From NCBI GenBank assembly GCA_001800315.1, contig MGVE01000009.1:11295-75294 (forward strand): a stretch of DNA of 64,000 nucleotides. The letters run 5' to 3'. The notes under the pieces are model-generated. The model worked only from the letters and a program-made list of their open reading frames with translations, was not told where the DNA came from and did no database searches. This DNA is from Elusimicrobia bacterium RIFOXYA2_FULL_47_53. GTDB lineage: Bacteria > Elusimicrobiota > Endomicrobiia > Endomicrobiales > XYA2-FULL-47-53. The position numbers and the translations under genes were made by a program. Below, one piece after another: positions 46,809 to 56,197 of the stretch. Each line of letters begins with the position of its first letter. The first letter of the stretch is position 1.

Positions 46809-46976
46809 TTGAGTCAATTGAAAAAGCCTGTTTCAGGAGCGAAATTTTGGGCTTTGTGCCGAGGCAAGGCGGCCGAAGCGAGCATATGCTCCACGGAGTA
46901 TATGTAAACTGAGGACAACGAAGCCGCAGGCCAAAGGCCGAAATTGCAGCCCGAAAGAGGTTTTTCAACTGACTCA
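46809..46976. mobile_element. 168-bp MITE-like unit with the same TIR family
   Basis: Left TIR TTGAGTCAATTGAAAAAGCC (46809-46828), right TIR GAGGTTTTTCAACTGACTCA (46957-46976). The first ~30 nt match unit 46302-46449. Confidence 0.6.
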
Positions 46977-47032
46977 GAGAAGTTACAGTGTGCGGTTATC
47001 TGACAAGCTAATCAAACAAAAAATAGTTTATT

Positions 47033-47119
47033 GCCGAGGTGGCGGAACTGGCAGACGCGTCAGACTCAAAATCTGAAGTCACTTTGGGTGGCGTGTGGGT
47101 TCAACTCCCACCCTCGGCA
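47033..47119 (+). tRNA. tRNA-Leu (anticodon CAA)
   Basis: Hand-folded cloverleaf: acceptor GCCGAGG/CCTCGGC plus A; anticodon stem TCAGA/TCTGA with loop CTCAAAA; long variable arm; T arm GTGGG-TTCAACT-CCCAC. No encoded CCA. Followed by T7. Confidence 0.92.
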
Positions 47120-47141
47120 TTTTTTTAATCTATAGTTTTTA

Positions 47142-47825
47142 CTAAATACCAAGAAGTTCCCCGACAGGAATAATTTCATATCCTCTTTTTTTGAGCTCTT
47201 CAATAATCAGCGGCAGCGCTTCAACAGTGCTCTCTCTTTTCACTCCTCCGTCATGCATAAGAAAAATCGCGCCGGGCTTGATGTTTTTAATATATTCCGC
47301 GGCCAGCTCGCTGCCGGTCATTTTCTTCCAGTCGCAGCCGAAACTCCAGTTTACAAGAACCATGTCATGCCTTCCGGCGACTTCCCGCACCCAGGGTTTC
47401 ACGAATCCATAGGGCATACGCATCAGCCGCGGCTTAAGGCCCGATATTTTTTCCAAAGCGGCATTGGCCCGGGCTATCTCCCCGGACAAAAGCTCTTCCT
47501 TGTCATCTTTTTTATACGAGTAGAAATTAGGATGCGTGTACGAGTGAGCGCCCACCTCGTGGCCGTCATTATAGACGCTTTTTACAATTTCGGACCTCGC
47601 GGCGGCCAGCTGGCCTTCCATAAAAAAAGTGGCTTTGATATTGCCGGCTTTTAGAATTTCCAAAATTTTGGGCGTAAATTTTCCCGGGCCATCATCAAAA
47701 GTCAGAGCTACGGCTTTTCTGTCTTTGTTCCCCTGGGCGAAAAACGGCGCCATTTTCTGTTCCGAGTTTACTTCCGCGGAAATAACCGCGGCTAAAACAA
47801 ACAATAAAAACACAGTTTTTTTCAT
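47142..47825 (-). CDS. Polysaccharide deacetylase (NodB homology domain), secreted
   Basis: The start is moved to the ATG at 47825 (MKKTVFLLFVLAAVISA), giving an ATGA overlap with the upstream permease. Motifs ALTFDDGP and GAHSYTHP. Confidence 0.88.
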   Translation of the reverse strand: MKKTVFLLFVLAAVISAEVNSEQKMAPFFAQGNKDRKAVALTFDDGPGKFTPKILEILKAGNIKATFFMEGQLAAARSEIVKSVYNDGHEVGAHSYTHPNFYSYKKDDKEELLSGEIARANAALEKISGLKPRLMRMPYGFVKPWVREVAGRHDMVLVNWSFGCDWKKMTGSELAAEYIKNIKPGAIFLMHDGGVKRESTVEALPLIIEELKKRGYEIIPVGELLGI

Positions 47826-49468
47826 CTTTGCCCCGATTCTAAAGATTTCAGGCCGAAGCGGAGCGGCAGGACTACCGCAATGAGATTGACCGCTAACAGC
47901 CCGCCGGCAACCCACGGAAGTCCGTACGAAAGATTCCGCGCGCTGTAATAATTCTGTATGGGTATCGCCCATAAGCCCATATTCACAAGAAGATAAAAAA
48001 GAGCGGAGACCATAAAAAGCAGGCCGCCCGGCGAAGACTCTATCTCGGAAACATTCGTGGAATCATATTTTGGGAAAATTGAACCCAGCCCCACCGCCAT
48101 GGAACACAGGCCAAGGCCCATAATTGTGACAGCAAGCGCGAATATGGCCGTAAGGGCCATGTCTGCTTTTAGAATGAAGCCGGAAAAAATTACGAGCGAG
48201 GAGCCGAAAATCACCATAGGGAGCGAACCATAAACAAGTTTTTCAAAAATAAATTTTGCCGGAGAAAACGGGAAAGAACGGACAAGCCAGAGGCTCTCGC
48301 CTTCAAGGCTGACCGAAGGAAATACGAACCTCAGAGCGACCGCCGAGAGCATGAAACCTATAAGGCCGAGGTTAAAATATGTCACGAGGTTTTGAATATA
48401 TAAGGTTTCAAGCGGAAGCTTGTAGAGGCTGAAAAGATAAACCACAATCAGCGCGCCCAGCAAAACCAGCTGAGACCATTGGCTGGCGTCCCTGAAGAAA
48501 ATCGTGAGATCTTTTCTGAAGAACGCCTGCAAAGGCATTCTTTTTACATAGGAGTTCGTTCGTCTTTGTCCGGATCCCCCAAAAATCTGAGCCGAAGCCC
48601 AGCCTTCAAAATAATATTTTCTGGCAAATAAAATAAGCGTGGCAAATAACAACGCCGCGCAGCCGTACAGAAGCGCCGAATTCAAAGCAACACCTTTAAG
48701 CGATCCCGCGGAGGAAGCAAGAATGCCCGCGGTAAGCCACCAGGAGGGAAGATAAGGCGCGGTCGGAGCATCCAGATAACGAAGGTATTGCGATACCAGC
48801 TCCAGAGCGTCGGGCCTTAAAAGCCGTTCCGGCTGAAGAAATCTCAGCAGAATATATATGCCAGTCACAAACATTACTCCCGAGAAAAGCAAAATATCCC
48901 TCGTCTTTCTTCTGGGAAGCAGTTTCATAAGTATCAGGCACAAAAAAATTCCCAGGCTCCCTGATATAACCAGGAACGGAACTGTCAGGACAAACCCGGA
49001 GACATAAAACCAAAACGAGAGATGCTTTACGGACCCGAGCGCCCCCACAAACGGGATTAGCAAAAGCAGTACCATCCAGGAAGAATAAAATATCGTTTCA
49101 AACGCTTTGTAAACAAATATCCCGCGTACCCCCAAAGGTTTTGTCATAAGCCACGGAAGGTCCCTGCTGGAAAATAGCGTATTAAACGAAGCTATAAGGC
49201 TTGAAATAATTACCATGGAAAACGATGTCAGAAAAACGAGCGCGAGGAGTTTATTGGTCAGCAGAGGGCCAATCAACTGAACAGAATTGAGCTCCTTTAA
49301 CAGGCGCCAGGCTCCGGCGTAAATACCCAGAATAAAAGCGCAGGCGGTTATCAGCATCAAGGCCGCCTTTATCTCCCCGCCGAGGCTCATGCGGACAATC
49401 TTGTTCCTGATGCTTTTTAATTTAATTGAAAGAATGATTTTCATATTTTGAGCAATTTTAAAAACCAA
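47822..49468 (-). CDS. Polytopic membrane protein, putative ABC exporter permease
   Basis: 548 aa with ~12 hydrophobic segments. Lies directly downstream of an ABC ATPase. Confidence 0.6.
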   Translation of the reverse strand: MVFKIAQNMKIILSIKLKSIRNKIVRMSLGGEIKAALMLITACAFILGIYAGAWRLLKELNSVQLIGPLLTNKLLALVFLTSFSMVIISSLIASFNTLFSSRDLPWLMTKPLGVRGIFVYKAFETIFYSSWMVLLLLIPFVGALGSVKHLSFWFYVSGFVLTVPFLVISGSLGIFLCLILMKLLPRRKTRDILLFSGVMFVTGIYILLRFLQPERLLRPDALELVSQYLRYLDAPTAPYLPSWWLTAGILASSAGSLKGVALNSALLYGCAALLFATLILFARKYYFEGWASAQIFGGSGQRRTNSYVKRMPLQAFFRKDLTIFFRDASQWSQLVLLGALIVVYLFSLYKLPLETLYIQNLVTYFNLGLIGFMLSAVALRFVFPSVSLEGESLWLVRSFPFSPAKFIFEKLVYGSLPMVIFGSSLVIFSGFILKADMALTAIFALAVTIMGLGLCSMAVGLGSIFPKYDSTNVSEIESSPGGLLFMVSALFYLLVNMGLWAIPIQNYYSARNLSYGLPWVAGGLLAVNLIAVVLPLRFGLKSLESGQR

Positions 49469-49532
49469 TTTGAGTCCGCTGGGAAACCTCTTTCGGGCCG
49501 TTTTTGCGGAGAGTTAGAACAGCGCCGGCCGG

Positions 49533-50282
49533 CTACAGCAACTCAAGCAGTTCGCTGTACCGGCTTCCGCCCGTGAGATGCAGGAACAGCTCTTCAAGGG
49601 TGCCTTCCTGCCGCGCCCTTTTTTTGAGTTCCTCAACGGTGCCAAGAGCTATTATTCTTCCATTTTGAATAATTCCTATCCTGTGGGCAAGCCTCTCGGC
49701 GATTTCAAGCACATGCGTGCACATAAACACAGCTACACCTTTGGCTGAAAGGCGCGTAATAATTTCTTTGACCATTTTCGCGCTCTTGGGATCAAGGCCC
49801 ACCAGCGGCTCGTCAAGAAAAATAACCTTGGGCTGGTGAAGCAAAACGCTCGCGAGAACTAGTTTCTGTTTCATGCCGTGCGAGTAGGCCTCTATCATCT
49901 CTCCGGCCCAGGGTGAAAGTTCAAACATGGACAGCAGTTCAGGGATCCGCTGCTTTTGTTCGTCTATTCCCACCTTATATATGTCTCCGACAAGCCTCAT
50001 GAACTCAAAACCCGTAAGATGAGGGTAAACATAAGGCTGATCCGAAACAAAACCGGTTATTGACTTTGCTTCAATCGGGTTTTTTCGCAAATCAAAATTA
50101 CCGATAACCGCCGACCCGGCCGTCGGCTGAAGTATGCCGGTAAACAGCTTGACCGTAGTGGTCTTTCCGGCTCCGTTAGGGCCGAGAAAAGCGAATATCT
50201 CGCCGGGCGGTATCTCAATGTTTAAATTGTCCACCGCCGTAAGGCTTCCGAATTTCCTGGTAAGGTTAACGGCTTTAATCAT
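49533..50282 (-). CDS. ABC transporter ATP-binding protein (ABC-2/DrrA-like)
   Basis: GPNGAGKTT, a signature-like YSHGMKQKL, and FLDEP. Confidence 0.9.
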   Translation of the reverse strand: MIKAVNLTRKFGSLTAVDNLNIEIPPGEIFAFLGPNGAGKTTTVKLFTGILQPTAGSAVIGNFDLRKNPIEAKSITGFVSDQPYVYPHLTGFEFMRLVGDIYKVGIDEQKQRIPELLSMFELSPWAGEMIEAYSHGMKQKLVLASVLLHQPKVIFLDEPLVGLDPKSAKMVKEIITRLSAKGVAVFMCTHVLEIAERLAHRIGIIQNGRIIALGTVEELKKRARQEGTLEELFLHLTGGSRYSELLELL

Positions 50283-50866
50283 GATAAAAAGGCCTTCGCG
50301 AATGAAGTCAGCACCATAGCGGAGGTGAGAGGCATCCAGAAATTATCGTTTAGCGGCCACGGCATGACCTCTATGGATGTCGCCACGAGCGCTCCCCAGA
50401 ACGCAAGCGGCCAGTCAAGGAAGAACATTCCGATCCCGAAACAAACCGCGAAACAGGCTATACTGCCTTCAATGGTTTTTTCGTTGAGTATTTTATTTTT
50501 GCCGTGCCGGCGCCCGACAAGCGCCGCCACCGCGTCGCCGAAAGCCAGGTAAAGCAGGCTTGCGGTTACTATATTTTTGTCCTGGAAAATTAGCATGGTA
50601 AAAAACGAACCGGAGAAAGTCCAAAGCAGGCCGCTGATCTGCGTCTCTTCCTCCTTTCTATGCACGCCTCCGAGGACATTGAGTATCCATTTGTTCAGCC
50701 TTGAGTTATTGAGGCGGAGCGCCTCCGTGACCGCTATCGCGAAAATCAAAATTCCCATAGCCTGCAGAACCAGAATCCTGGGAAGGAACCAATAGGCCGC
50801 GATATACAATAAGATAAGAAAATGGAACAGTTTTCTTTTTACTTCATCCTGGCTAAAAAATCCCAT
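50279..50866 (-). CDS. CTP_transf_1-superfamily membrane protein (dolichol/phytol-kinase-like), tentative
   Basis: About 195 aa with 5-6 TM helices. GDAVAALVGRRHGK resembles the polyprenol kinase / CDS family. First plausible ATG at 50866. Confidence 0.4.
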   Translation of the reverse strand: MGFFSQDEVKRKLFHFLILLYIAAYWFLPRILVLQAMGILIFAIAVTEALRLNNSRLNKWILNVLGGVHRKEEETQISGLLWTFSGSFFTMLIFQDKNIVTASLLYLAFGDAVAALVGRRHGKNKILNEKTIEGSIACFAVCFGIGMFFLDWPLAFWGALVATSIEVMPWPLNDNFWMPLTSAMVLTSFAKAFLS

Positions 50867-51549
50867 AGCAAAACCGCCTTTGCATAAAGCATACTGCAAA
50901 TCAACAGAGTGGTGTTGTAACTGCCGGCAAAAAAGCTTTTGAGAGCAACCGAACCCGGAAAAACTAACTTTAAAAGAACCGGAAGCATAATGAAGTTAAC
51001 AGTTGCTATAAAAATTGAGGAAAAAAATATTCCGTAGAGCTTCAGGTCGCTTTGTCCCTGCTTTAGGGCAAAATGAGTCAGGCTGAAATGAAACGCCAGG
51101 CTAAAACCCATGGCGAAAATAAAATACGGCTGGTAATCCCCCAGTTTCCAGAATTTGGCTCCGACAGCGTACACTATCATCAGGACAACGCTGTAGAACG
51201 GAACAAAATAGGGAGCCAGCGAAATCAAAACATTGGTTTTTGAAAGAATTACGCTTCCCCCGGAAGATGAAACCTTAAAACTCTTGAGCTTCGCTCCGCT
51301 GATAATTCCGGCCAGCGCGTGAGTAAGCTCATGGGCGAAAACATAAAGCCTCACGGGCTTGGGGAAAAATGCCTGGAAAATAAAATAGGAGCCCAGCCCG
51401 CCCCAGAAGGGCAGGGTGCTGTAATCGGCCTTTCCGGCGAAATCCGCCACCAACCCGGTAAAACGCCAGACCAGAGCGGCCGCGACCGGCAGCATAAATA
51501 CAGCTATGATAAACCGCGCTAAAGCAGGCGCTCTTTTGCTGAATTTCAT
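50839..51549 (-). CDS. Membrane zincin-like protein with HExxH (DUF3267/M50-like), tentative
   Basis: 236 aa with several TM helices and FAHELTHALAG (HExxH). Confidence 0.45.
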   Translation of the reverse strand: MKFSKRAPALARFIIAVFMLPVAAALVWRFTGLVADFAGKADYSTLPFWGGLGSYFIFQAFFPKPVRLYVFAHELTHALAGIISGAKLKSFKVSSSGGSVILSKTNVLISLAPYFVPFYSVVLMIVYAVGAKFWKLGDYQPYFIFAMGFSLAFHFSLTHFALKQGQSDLKLYGIFFSSIFIATVNFIMLPVLLKLVFPGSVALKSFFAGSYNTTLLICSMLYAKAVLLWDFLARMK

Positions 51550-51622
51550 ATATAAAATAGACTGAATTTTTGCTTATTTTATTGATTTTTTAGTTTAGCA
51601 ACTTTGCGTGGCAAAGTCAATA

Positions 51623-51651
51623 TTGACACGAGGTTTCCAATTGCATATAAT
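51623..51651 (+). promoter_or_regulatory. Consensus sigma-70 promoter for the PAS-GGDEF-HD-GYP gene
   Basis: TTGACA (51623-51628), N17, TATAAT (51646-51651). The perfect palindrome ACTTTGC-GTG-GCAAAGT (51601-51617) lies just upstream. Confidence 0.8.
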
Positions 51652-51706
51652 ATTTACGCTAAGCCGAAGCTGAGCCGTCCTGCGGCAACGGACAAACTTA
51701 ATTATC

Positions 51707-53314
51707 ATGAAAAAATCTCCCGCAAAAAGCGCTTCTTCTGCCGAAACTCTTCATAAATCAATTTTTGAAAACCTTCCGGACATGTCCATTATTATTGATC
51801 CTGCCGATTATAGCATCGTTGACGCTAACAAAAACTACTTAAACAAAGAAGGCCTGAGCCGCGAGGATATAGCAGGAAAGAAGTGTTATGACATTACCCA
51901 TAAAAGAACCTCCCCCTGCCGCGGCCCTTCCGATAAATGCCCCATGAAAGCGACGCTAAAAAACGGGGAGATTTCCTCCACGCGACACATTCACTTTGAT
52001 AAAAAATACAATCCATATTATGTTGAAGTCGTCACGACTCCCGTCAAAGACCCGATACGCGGCAAAAACTATATTTTGCACATTTCAAGGAACCTTCCGG
52101 CCACCGAGAATGCGGGAGGCAGGCACGACAAATCATACCTTGACCGCCTGAAATCGCTTATAGTAAAAGATCCCCTGACCGGGGCCTTCAATTACCGCTA
52201 TCTCATGGAACGCCTGCCCATAGAGATCAGCCGCGCGCGCCGCTACGAACACCCGTTTTCGGTAGCGATAATTGATATAGACTTTTTCAAGTCTATCAAC
52301 GACGCTTACGGGCATCTCGCCGGTGACAGGGTAATAGAAGAATTTGCCGGTTTTCTTTCCGGCATTCTCAGGAACAGCGATGTGCTCACCCGCATGGGAG
52401 GTGAGGAGTTTACGGTTCTCATGCCTCATTCCGACGAAGCGGCCTCTCAAAGGATGGCAAACAGGATACTTGAGGCTCTCGGCACGCATGTCTTTGACAA
52501 ATCGGAAAATTCCATAAAAGTAAAAGCCAGCATCGGCATAGCCTGCCTTTCGGATAAAATTTTTGACAAGCTCGGAAAGAAAATGCTTGAAGCGGCCGAC
52601 AACGCCCTGAGACGGGCAAAAAACGCCGGAGGCAACACCGTTGTCCTTTCCAGCGAATACTACGCCGGAGACGAAGAAGCAGGCGCGGCAAAAACACCCG
52701 AGCTGGAAGTTGATAAGCTGAAGAAAAAAATACAGAAGATGACCGAACGCGTGGACAGAGTGGTGCTGGAGTCTATTTACGCGTTTTCAAAATCGCTTAA
52801 AAGCCGCGATTACTACGCCCCTAACAATTCCGAGGAGATGGTCAGCCTGGCCATGCGCATAGGCAGAAGGCTCGGCCTGGACCAGGCGACACTCAACAAC
52901 CTGGAAATGGGTGCGATGCTGCACGATATAGGCAAAATCGGAATAAGCGAGCAGATTCTCGGCAAAAAAGGAAGGCTGACGCCGCAGGAATTCAACGCCA
53001 TAAAAGTTCACCCCAAGGTTGGCGCCGAAATTATAAAGGCGATTCAGTTTCTTAAAGATGTCGTGCCCATGGTTCTTTATCACCATGAGCGCTTTGACGG
53101 CAAAGGATACCCCTACGGCCTTAAGGGAGACGAGATACTTACGGCGGCAAGAATAATCGGAGTTCTGGACGCGTACCAGTCACTGATATCCGATAGGCCG
53201 TTTAGAAAGGCCTACTCCAGCAGAAAAGCCCTGGAAATAATTAAAAAAGAAAGCGGAACCCGTTTTGACAAAGAAATAGTGAATATTCTTTTGGAGTTAT
53301 TGAAGCAAAAATAA
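51707..53314 (+). CDS. PAS + GGDEF + HD-GYP tandem c-di-GMP turnover protein
   Basis: 535 aa. RNSDVLTRMGGEEF (GGEEF plus I-site), MLHDIGK, YHHERFDGKGYPYG. Confidence 0.9.
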   Translation: MKKSPAKSASSAETLHKSIFENLPDMSIIIDPADYSIVDANKNYLNKEGLSREDIAGKKCYDITHKRTSPCRGPSDKCPMKATLKNGEISSTRHIHFDKKYNPYYVEVVTTPVKDPIRGKNYILHISRNLPATENAGGRHDKSYLDRLKSLIVKDPLTGAFNYRYLMERLPIEISRARRYEHPFSVAIIDIDFFKSINDAYGHLAGDRVIEEFAGFLSGILRNSDVLTRMGGEEFTVLMPHSDEAASQRMANRILEALGTHVFDKSENSIKVKASIGIACLSDKIFDKLGKKMLEAADNALRRAKNAGGNTVVLSSEYYAGDEEAGAAKTPELEVDKLKKKIQKMTERVDRVVLESIYAFSKSLKSRDYYAPNNSEEMVSLAMRIGRRLGLDQATLNNLEMGAMLHDIGKIGISEQILGKKGRLTPQEFNAIKVHPKVGAEIIKAIQFLKDVVPMVLYHHERFDGKGYPYGLKGDEILTAARIIGVLDAYQSLISDRPFRKAYSSRKALEIIKKESGTRFDKEIVNILLELLKQK

Positions 53315-53327
53315 ATATTTAAGGGGT

Positions 53328-54482
53328 ATGCGCATGAGGTCAGGAATTGTTTTTTGTTTCGCTGTGTTCGCGGCACTTTTGTCGGGGCTTTCGGAAAATC
53401 TCCGGGCCGATGAAGGCTGGGGTTCCACTCCGGGCCTTTACGCCGTATTCAGCACGACAAAGGGAGAAATCGTCTGCAAACTTTACGAGAAAGAAACGCC
53501 AAAAACCGTGGCGAACTTCACCGAACTAGCCGAGGGCAGGAGAGAATTCATTGACCCTAAAACCGGCCAGAAAACCACAGGAAAGTTTTACGACGGCCTG
53601 ATTTTTCACAGGGTAATACCGAATTTTATGATACAGGGAGGCTGCCCGCTCGGTAACGGAATGGGCGGCCCGGGGTACCGGTTTGAGGATGAATTTGTGC
53701 CCGGCCTAAATTTTGACATTCCGGGCAGGCTTGCCATGGCAAACTCCGGCCCAAACACAAACGGGTCGCAGTTTTTTATAACCGAAGTCGCGACTCCATG
53801 GCTTAATTCGCGCCACACGATTTTCGGCCAGGTAGTCGCCGGCCAGAGTATCGTAAATCTCATCGCCAGGGTTAAGAGAGGCCAGGCCGACAGGCCGGTT
53901 GAACCGGTGGTATTGAAAAAATTAACTATCAAAAGAATCGGCGGAACACAGGAAACGAACGCTCCGGTAAAAACAGGGCCCACGGCATTGCTTATAGTAG
54001 CTCCGGAAATGTATAACGAAGAAGAATATGACAAAACCAGGCAGGCGCTTGTAAATGCCGGTGTAACGGTTGTAACGGCAAGCCTTAAAAAAGGCGCTCT
54101 TTCCGGAATGTCCGGAGGCACCGCGGAAAGCGAGCTGTTAATAACCGATGTTAAAACCAACGAGTACGACGCGGTTGTCTTCATAGGCGGTGAAGGCTCG
54201 CAGGTTTACTGGGCCAACCAGCAGGCGCATCAGATAGCCAAAGACTCGTATGCCCGGAACAAAATAGTCGCTGCTATTTGCCTGGCGCCCGGAACGCTCT
54301 CAAACGCGGGGCTTCTGAAGGGTAAAAGGGTCACGGGCTTCATGAGCCTTCAGGCCGAGTTTCAAAAAGCCGGAGCCCAGTACAGCGACAAACCGGTGGA
54401 GAAGGACGGAAATATAATCACGGGTTCCGGCCCGGAAGCTTCCGAGGCTTTCGGCAGCGCCGTAGCCGAAGCTCTTAAATAA
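53328..54482 (+). CDS. Secreted cyclophilin-type peptidyl-prolyl isomerase fused to a DJ-1/PfpI domain
   Basis: 384 aa. Signal peptide. FHRVIPNFMIQGG...MANSGPNTNGSQFFIT (cyclophilin), then VVFIGGEG...IVAAICLAPGTL...ITGSGP (DJ-1/PfpI-like). Confidence 0.8.
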   Translation: MRMRSGIVFCFAVFAALLSGLSENLRADEGWGSTPGLYAVFSTTKGEIVCKLYEKETPKTVANFTELAEGRREFIDPKTGQKTTGKFYDGLIFHRVIPNFMIQGGCPLGNGMGGPGYRFEDEFVPGLNFDIPGRLAMANSGPNTNGSQFFITEVATPWLNSRHTIFGQVVAGQSIVNLIARVKRGQADRPVEPVVLKKLTIKRIGGTQETNAPVKTGPTALLIVAPEMYNEEEYDKTRQALVNAGVTVVTASLKKGALSGMSGGTAESELLITDVKTNEYDAVVFIGGEGSQVYWANQQAHQIAKDSYARNKIVAAICLAPGTLSNAGLLKGKRVTGFMSLQAEFQKAGAQYSDKPVEKDGNIITGSGPEASEAFGSAVAEALK

Positions 54483-54519
54483 AAAAAGTCCATGCGGGAA
54501 CGAAGCAACAGTTCTTTTC

Positions 54520-54810
54520 ACGCATGGGACTCGTCATACCAGCGGAAGCCGGTAACCAGTGGTTTTTCTGGATCCCTGTGTGTGCTCACATCTCGCACCC
54601 GTTGCAAGCTTGTGCGGCTTATTCGCCGCACTGCAGCTACAGGGATGACAAACTTTACGGAACGCGCAGCAAGCTGCGCAACTACAAAACCAACTAACCG
54701 CGAGCCTGCTTCTCTCCCTGCGGGAGATCGCAATGACAGGGCCTTATTAGGGGTTTTTCAATTGACTCAACCGATAACTAATAACTTATATCTTATAACT
54801 TCAAACTTAT
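54520..54810. repeat. Stem-loop module mosaic, locus F
   Basis: Modules at 54533-54576, 54653-54684, 54705-54736, TIR-type module at 54750-54770, and an AT-rich ATAACTTATA tract at 54771-54815 that runs into the stop of the next gene. Confidence 0.88.
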
Positions 54811-56187
54811 TCAATACTTATAAGAGCTTCCCCCGATAAATTCCCTTACCAGAGAATTTTTAGGTATCGCGGAGAAATCTTCCAGCCCCAGCACTCCCTC
54901 CAGCAGGCCGTAAACGCGTTTTGCCCTTATATAGGCGTCAAGTTTTTTGGGGTCTTTTTCGTATTTACCTATTATCCCGGGAAAACCGTCAAAAAGATAT
55001 TTCTTGTACACGGGCAGTTCGTAAGGCATGGCTCCGTTAAAAACATAGTCGGCTTTGTTTATAAACGGCACGATGTATTTTTTCTCGCTTCTCCTAACAT
55101 AATGCCAGTGTCCGACCGTGCGCTCCGGATCGTATGAACGGTGCAGGGAATCGCGCACCATGCGCCGCAGCATTCTTAAGTCGGCCCAGCGCACAAACTC
55201 GTTATTGGAATCTCTTATCTGGCAAAGCGCCTCAATATAAAATTTAAATTTCATCTCATGAGGCACGCTTGAAGTCATTTCCGGGAAAAGGCCGTGCAGG
55301 CTGTCTATAAGAAGTATCTCGTTTTCTTTAAGCTTGAACTCGCGGGCATCCAGAGTCCGCCTGCCGGTTTTAAAATTATATTCGGGCATCAGGACTTTTT
55401 TGCCCTGGAGGAGAGCAAAGAGGTGCTCGTTGACAAGGCCCAGGTCCAACGCCTGCGGGCTTTCAAAATCATAATCTCCGTACTCGTCTTTTGGATGCTG
55501 GTCCAGGTTCTTGAAATAATTATCCAGGTTTAAGGCGACAAACTTCAGGCCTTTTTCACGCAGTTTTTCTCCGATTTTGGCGGTAGTCGTGGTTTTGCCC
55601 GAAGAAGAGGGTCCGGCCACTATAACCATCCTGATGCCATGCCTGCCGCTTATTATTCTATCCGCGACTTTACCGATCTCGTCATGGTAGGATTTTTCGG
55701 AATCTTTCACAAGTTTGGCGAATTTACCGTCAATTATGGTTTTGTTGAGTTTTTCAACGCTATCGCAGCCGTGGTCCACATTCCAGGTAAAAACCTTCCA
55801 CAAAACCTTGTAGGGCACATTGTCCTCAGCAGCGATTCTGGAAGACTTTTCTTCGCGGAGTTTCGCGTGCTCGGCTCTGTAAAGTATATAAGCCTTAGCG
55901 GTTTTATAATGGCCGTTTTCAACCAGCACTTTCTCAATAAGGTCCTGTATCTCCTCAACACTGGGAACGGAACCGGAGGGATAAGCCCTGTTAATCAGCG
56001 CTATAACCTGTTTGGTAAGTTTTTCCGCAAGTTCTCTGTTAGATCCGCCCACATCAACCGCGGCGCGGAAAATAGAGTCGGATATTTTGTGCGCGTCAAA
56101 GGCAACGAGGCGGCCGTCGCGTTTTATAACGCTTTCAATTTTGAGCCTGCTGATTTCCTTTTCGGGAAAAAGATATTCTAAGTTCAT
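54811..56187 (-). CDS. ATP-cone domain fused to a uridine-kinase/phosphoribulokinase-type P-loop kinase
   Basis: ATP-cone (VIKRDGRLVAFDAHKISDSI...YILYRAEH), then Walker A VAGPSSSGKTTT and a PRK/UDK-like fold. The ATG at 56187 is preferred over the TTG at 56220. Confidence 0.75.
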   Translation of the reverse strand: MNLEYLFPEKEISRLKIESVIKRDGRLVAFDAHKISDSIFRAAVDVGGSNRELAEKLTKQVIALINRAYPSGSVPSVEEIQDLIEKVLVENGHYKTAKAYILYRAEHAKLREEKSSRIAAEDNVPYKVLWKVFTWNVDHGCDSVEKLNKTIIDGKFAKLVKDSEKSYHDEIGKVADRIISGRHGIRMVIVAGPSSSGKTTTTAKIGEKLREKGLKFVALNLDNYFKNLDQHPKDEYGDYDFESPQALDLGLVNEHLFALLQGKKVLMPEYNFKTGRRTLDAREFKLKENEILLIDSLHGLFPEMTSSVPHEMKFKFYIEALCQIRDSNNEFVRWADLRMLRRMVRDSLHRSYDPERTVGHWHYVRRSEKKYIVPFINKADYVFNGAMPYELPVYKKYLFDGFPGIIGKYEKDPKKLDAYIRAKRVYGLLEGVLGLEDFSAIPKNSLVREFIGGSSYKY

Positions 56188-56197
56188 TATAGGCGGG

